DNA of 50,757 nt from an uncultured bacterium (lineage in GTDB: Bacteria; Patescibacteriota; Minisyncoccia; Moranbacterales; UBA2206). The DNA lies in NCBI GenBank assembly GCA_903831805.1, contig CAIKZD010000006.1, positions 1-50,757 of the forward strand, given 5' to 3'. Position numbers and translations under genes: made by a program. Within the stretch, counting starts at the first letter, position 1. Each line of letters begins with the position of its first letter. Under the pieces are notes generated by a model. It was not told the origin of the DNA and ran no database searches. It saw nothing but the letters and a program-made list of their open reading frames with translations. Of the stretch, positions 48,505 through 50,757 are shown piece by piece.

Positions 48505-49260
48505 CTACGGCATTTCTTGCCGAGCGATGACGGAGGCGAAAACTTTTTTGGCGCCGGCCGCTTTCAGGACTTTGGCGCATTCCAAAAGCGTCGAACCGGT
48601 GGTGGCGATGTCATCTATCAGGAGGATTTTTTTGTTTTTTATGATATTTTCTTCCAGTGAATATTTTTTGCCCAGACTGAAAGAATTTTGCATATTTTTC
48701 TTTCGGGCGGCATAGTTTTTGATGGTCATCTGAGGCGGGGTGAATATGCGTCGGATGACAGTAGCATCCAAGACCGGAATGGTTAAGCCTGGCGAAAGAT
48801 TTTCAGCTAGATAGGCCGCTAGAATGGCGGCTTGATTGAAGCCGCGCCAGCGCAAACGGCGCGGATGGAGCGGTACGCTCACGATGAAATCCGGTAAAGG
48901 TAAATGATTTTCCAAGATCGCTTGGGCGACCAGGCGCGCCAGTGGGACGCCCAAATCTGGTACAAAATTATATTTAAAGACATGGACCAGGCGGGCCAGG
49001 TTGTTCCGGGTATATCTCGTGGCGACGATTAAATTGTTCAAGGCTAGCGGGGAATTTTTTTCGATGGCTCTTGCTTTGCATCTCGGGCAAATCGCGCCGG
49101 CGGGAGTTTCCGCTTTTTCACAGTAGGGACAAACTTGCATAGTCAGGATGCCTATCTGATTGAAGCACTCCGGGCAGAGCCATGCGTCACGCACACCACA
49201 AGACAAACAGGAAATGGGGAAGAGCGTATCCAGGATGAAATTTTTAAAACTTTTTAGCAT
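48505..49260 (-). CDS. comF: Competence protein ComF (phosphoribosyltransferase family)
   Basis: N-terminal CxxC ribbons, VPLHPRRLRWRGFNQA, LIDDIATTGSTL. Confidence 0.92.
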   Translation of the reverse strand: MLKSFKNFILDTLFPISCLSCGVRDAWLCPECFNQIGILTMQVCPYCEKAETPAGAICPRCKARAIEKNSPLALNNLIVATRYTRNNLARLVHVFKYNFVPDLGVPLARLVAQAILENHLPLPDFIVSVPLHPRRLRWRGFNQAAILAAYLAENLSPGLTIPVLDATVIRRIFTPPQMTIKNYAARKKNMQNSFSLGKKYSLEENIIKNKKILLIDDIATTGSTLLECAKVLKAAGAKKVFASVIARQEMP

Positions 49261-49406
49261 CAATCACATTTTATTTTTTAAAAATGAGAATGTCAAACGG
49301 CTAGCACAGTTGTGGATAACTTTTTTTGTTTTTCAAAATGGGAAAGTGTGGTATAATCATTATGGATATTGAATGTAGGAATAAGATTTAATCGCGAAAA
49401 ACAAAA

Positions 49407-50531
49407 ATGTTTGGTTTCAGTTTTGGAAAAAAAACAATTTTAGGAATTGATATCGGTACGGCGTCTTTAAAGGTGGTCGAGTTGGAAATTAGAGATGATA
49501 AACCGCCCCATCTTTCCAACTATGCTTGGATGCCTATCCCGGAAGTCATCAAGGAAGACAACGATAGTGAAAAAAGTTTTTTTGAGACAAATGTCCCGGA
49601 ATTTTTGAAAAAATTGCTGAAGGAAGCTAAATTTAAGACTAAAGATGCCTATGTTTCCATCTCCGCCTTTGGCGGTCTCGTGACCCTTATCGAGTTGCCG
49701 GAAATGCCGGAGAAAGATTTGGAACAAGCGGTGCGTTTTGAAGCACATAAATACATTCCCACTTCTTTGGACAATGTGACCATAAGTTGGGAAGTGGTGG
49801 AAGGCGAGTCTTTGGCGGAACCGGCGTCCTCGCCGGAGAAAGAGGGTGTGATATTAGACGATAAGACCCCGAAAAAGATTCAAGTGCTTTTGGTGGCCGC
49901 CTTTAAAAATAGAATCTCGGCTTATGAAAAAGTAGTGAAAGCGGCCGGTTTAAATCTGCGAGGCATTGAAATTGAGAGTATTTCTATGGTGGAATCGTTG
50001 ATTGGCAATGACCAAGGCAAGTTCGTTATCATCGATATCGGTTTTCGCGTGTGTAATGTGATTTACGTGGAAAAAGGCATTATTCGCGCCAATCGTAATA
50101 TTGACGCCGGCGGGGCCAACATCACTAGCACAATTGCTAAAGGCATGGGCATCAGTGAAGAGCGCGCGGAAGGCTTCAAGATTTCCGGCAAGAATTTTTT
50201 CAGTGCCAGTTCCAGTTTGCGCTTTCCTACTCTGGATGCCATTTCTTCGGAAGTGGCTAGGATTCTGGAAGCGGCCGCGCGAGACAAAAGCAACCATCGC
50301 CTGGATGCTATCATCCTTTCGGGCGGCACGGCCGGCTTGAACGGCCTGGCTGAATATTTCCAGACTAAATTTAACATTAAGACTGTCATTGGAAATCCTT
50401 TCGGACGAATCACTTATGACAAAAAATTAGAACCCCTGGTAGAAAAGATAAAAAATGAATTTTCTGTTTGTATCGGCTTGGCATTAAAGGAATCGGAGAA
50501 TCATACTAAGTGGGGATTGAATAAGAAATAG
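49407..50531 (+). CDS. pilM: Type IV pilus assembly protein PilM (second paralog)
   Basis: GIDIGTASLKVVEL, FEAHKYIP, IDIG, SGGTA, IGLALK. Confidence 0.88.
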   Translation: MFGFSFGKKTILGIDIGTASLKVVELEIRDDKPPHLSNYAWMPIPEVIKEDNDSEKSFFETNVPEFLKKLLKEAKFKTKDAYVSISAFGGLVTLIELPEMPEKDLEQAVRFEAHKYIPTSLDNVTISWEVVEGESLAEPASSPEKEGVILDDKTPKKIQVLLVAAFKNRISAYEKVVKAAGLNLRGIEIESISMVESLIGNDQGKFVIIDIGFRVCNVIYVEKGIIRANRNIDAGGANITSTIAKGMGISEERAEGFKISGKNFFSASSSLRFPTLDAISSEVARILEAAARDKSNHRLDAIILSGGTAGLNGLAEYFQTKFNIKTVIGNPFGRITYDKKLEPLVEKIKNEFSVCIGLALKESENHTKWGLNKK

Positions 50532-50757
50532 AAAAAAGGTTTAATATAAAAATCAGGGCAAAAACAAACAGCAGCAAAGTCTTCTGGGATTTAGGTTTGA
50601 AAACCGGTTTTATCAATGCCCAAAGTAAACATGGTGGAAAAACCAGAAGCCCTAAAACCCCCGCGCCCATCACCGGCTCTAATAAAGTACTTGTAAATTG
50701 AGGGGTAGATGCAGAATATAAACCGTTTTTAATAGAAAAAAGATGAAAAAAGCTTAA

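Noticed and set aside
50553-50700. Possible riboswitch/ncRNA after the second pilM
   Set aside because: Some pairing potential and a GCAAA motif, but I could not fit a c-di-GMP or other known consensus; needs an Rfam scan.

Overview
AT-rich bacterial window (standard code 11). The gene set and the many small palindromic repeats suggest a Patescibacteria/CPR (Parcubacteria-like) genome; this is inferred, not verified. Backbone: uvrA, a two-component pair with a type IV pilus/competence operon, tsaD, ECF sigma/anti-sigma, engB, a GH18-deacetylase-GT2 fusion, recG, comF, a second pilM and 10 intact tRNA genes. Main highlight: a diversity-generating retroelement (DGR) at 38.7-41.6 kb. Its variable repeat (VR 39516-39642) and template repeat (TR 40028-40154) differ at 9 positions, all TR adenines. 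Its avd gene is inverted, and its reverse transcriptase (RT) is knocked out of frame by a G10 tract; G9 would restore a 357-aa RT, so this is a candidate phase-variable ON/OFF switch for hypermutation. The DGR lies next to a REP-associated tyrosine transposase (RAYT) and is bracketed by that element's palindromes. Second candidate new system: an AT-rich cassette of EamA exporter + AdoMetDC-like decarboxylase + PurD-like ATP-grasp ligase + 7TM histidine kinase + response regulator, which could make, export and sense a small molecule. Palindromic repeats have also inserted into tRNA copies and into housekeeping genes (recG, tsaD).
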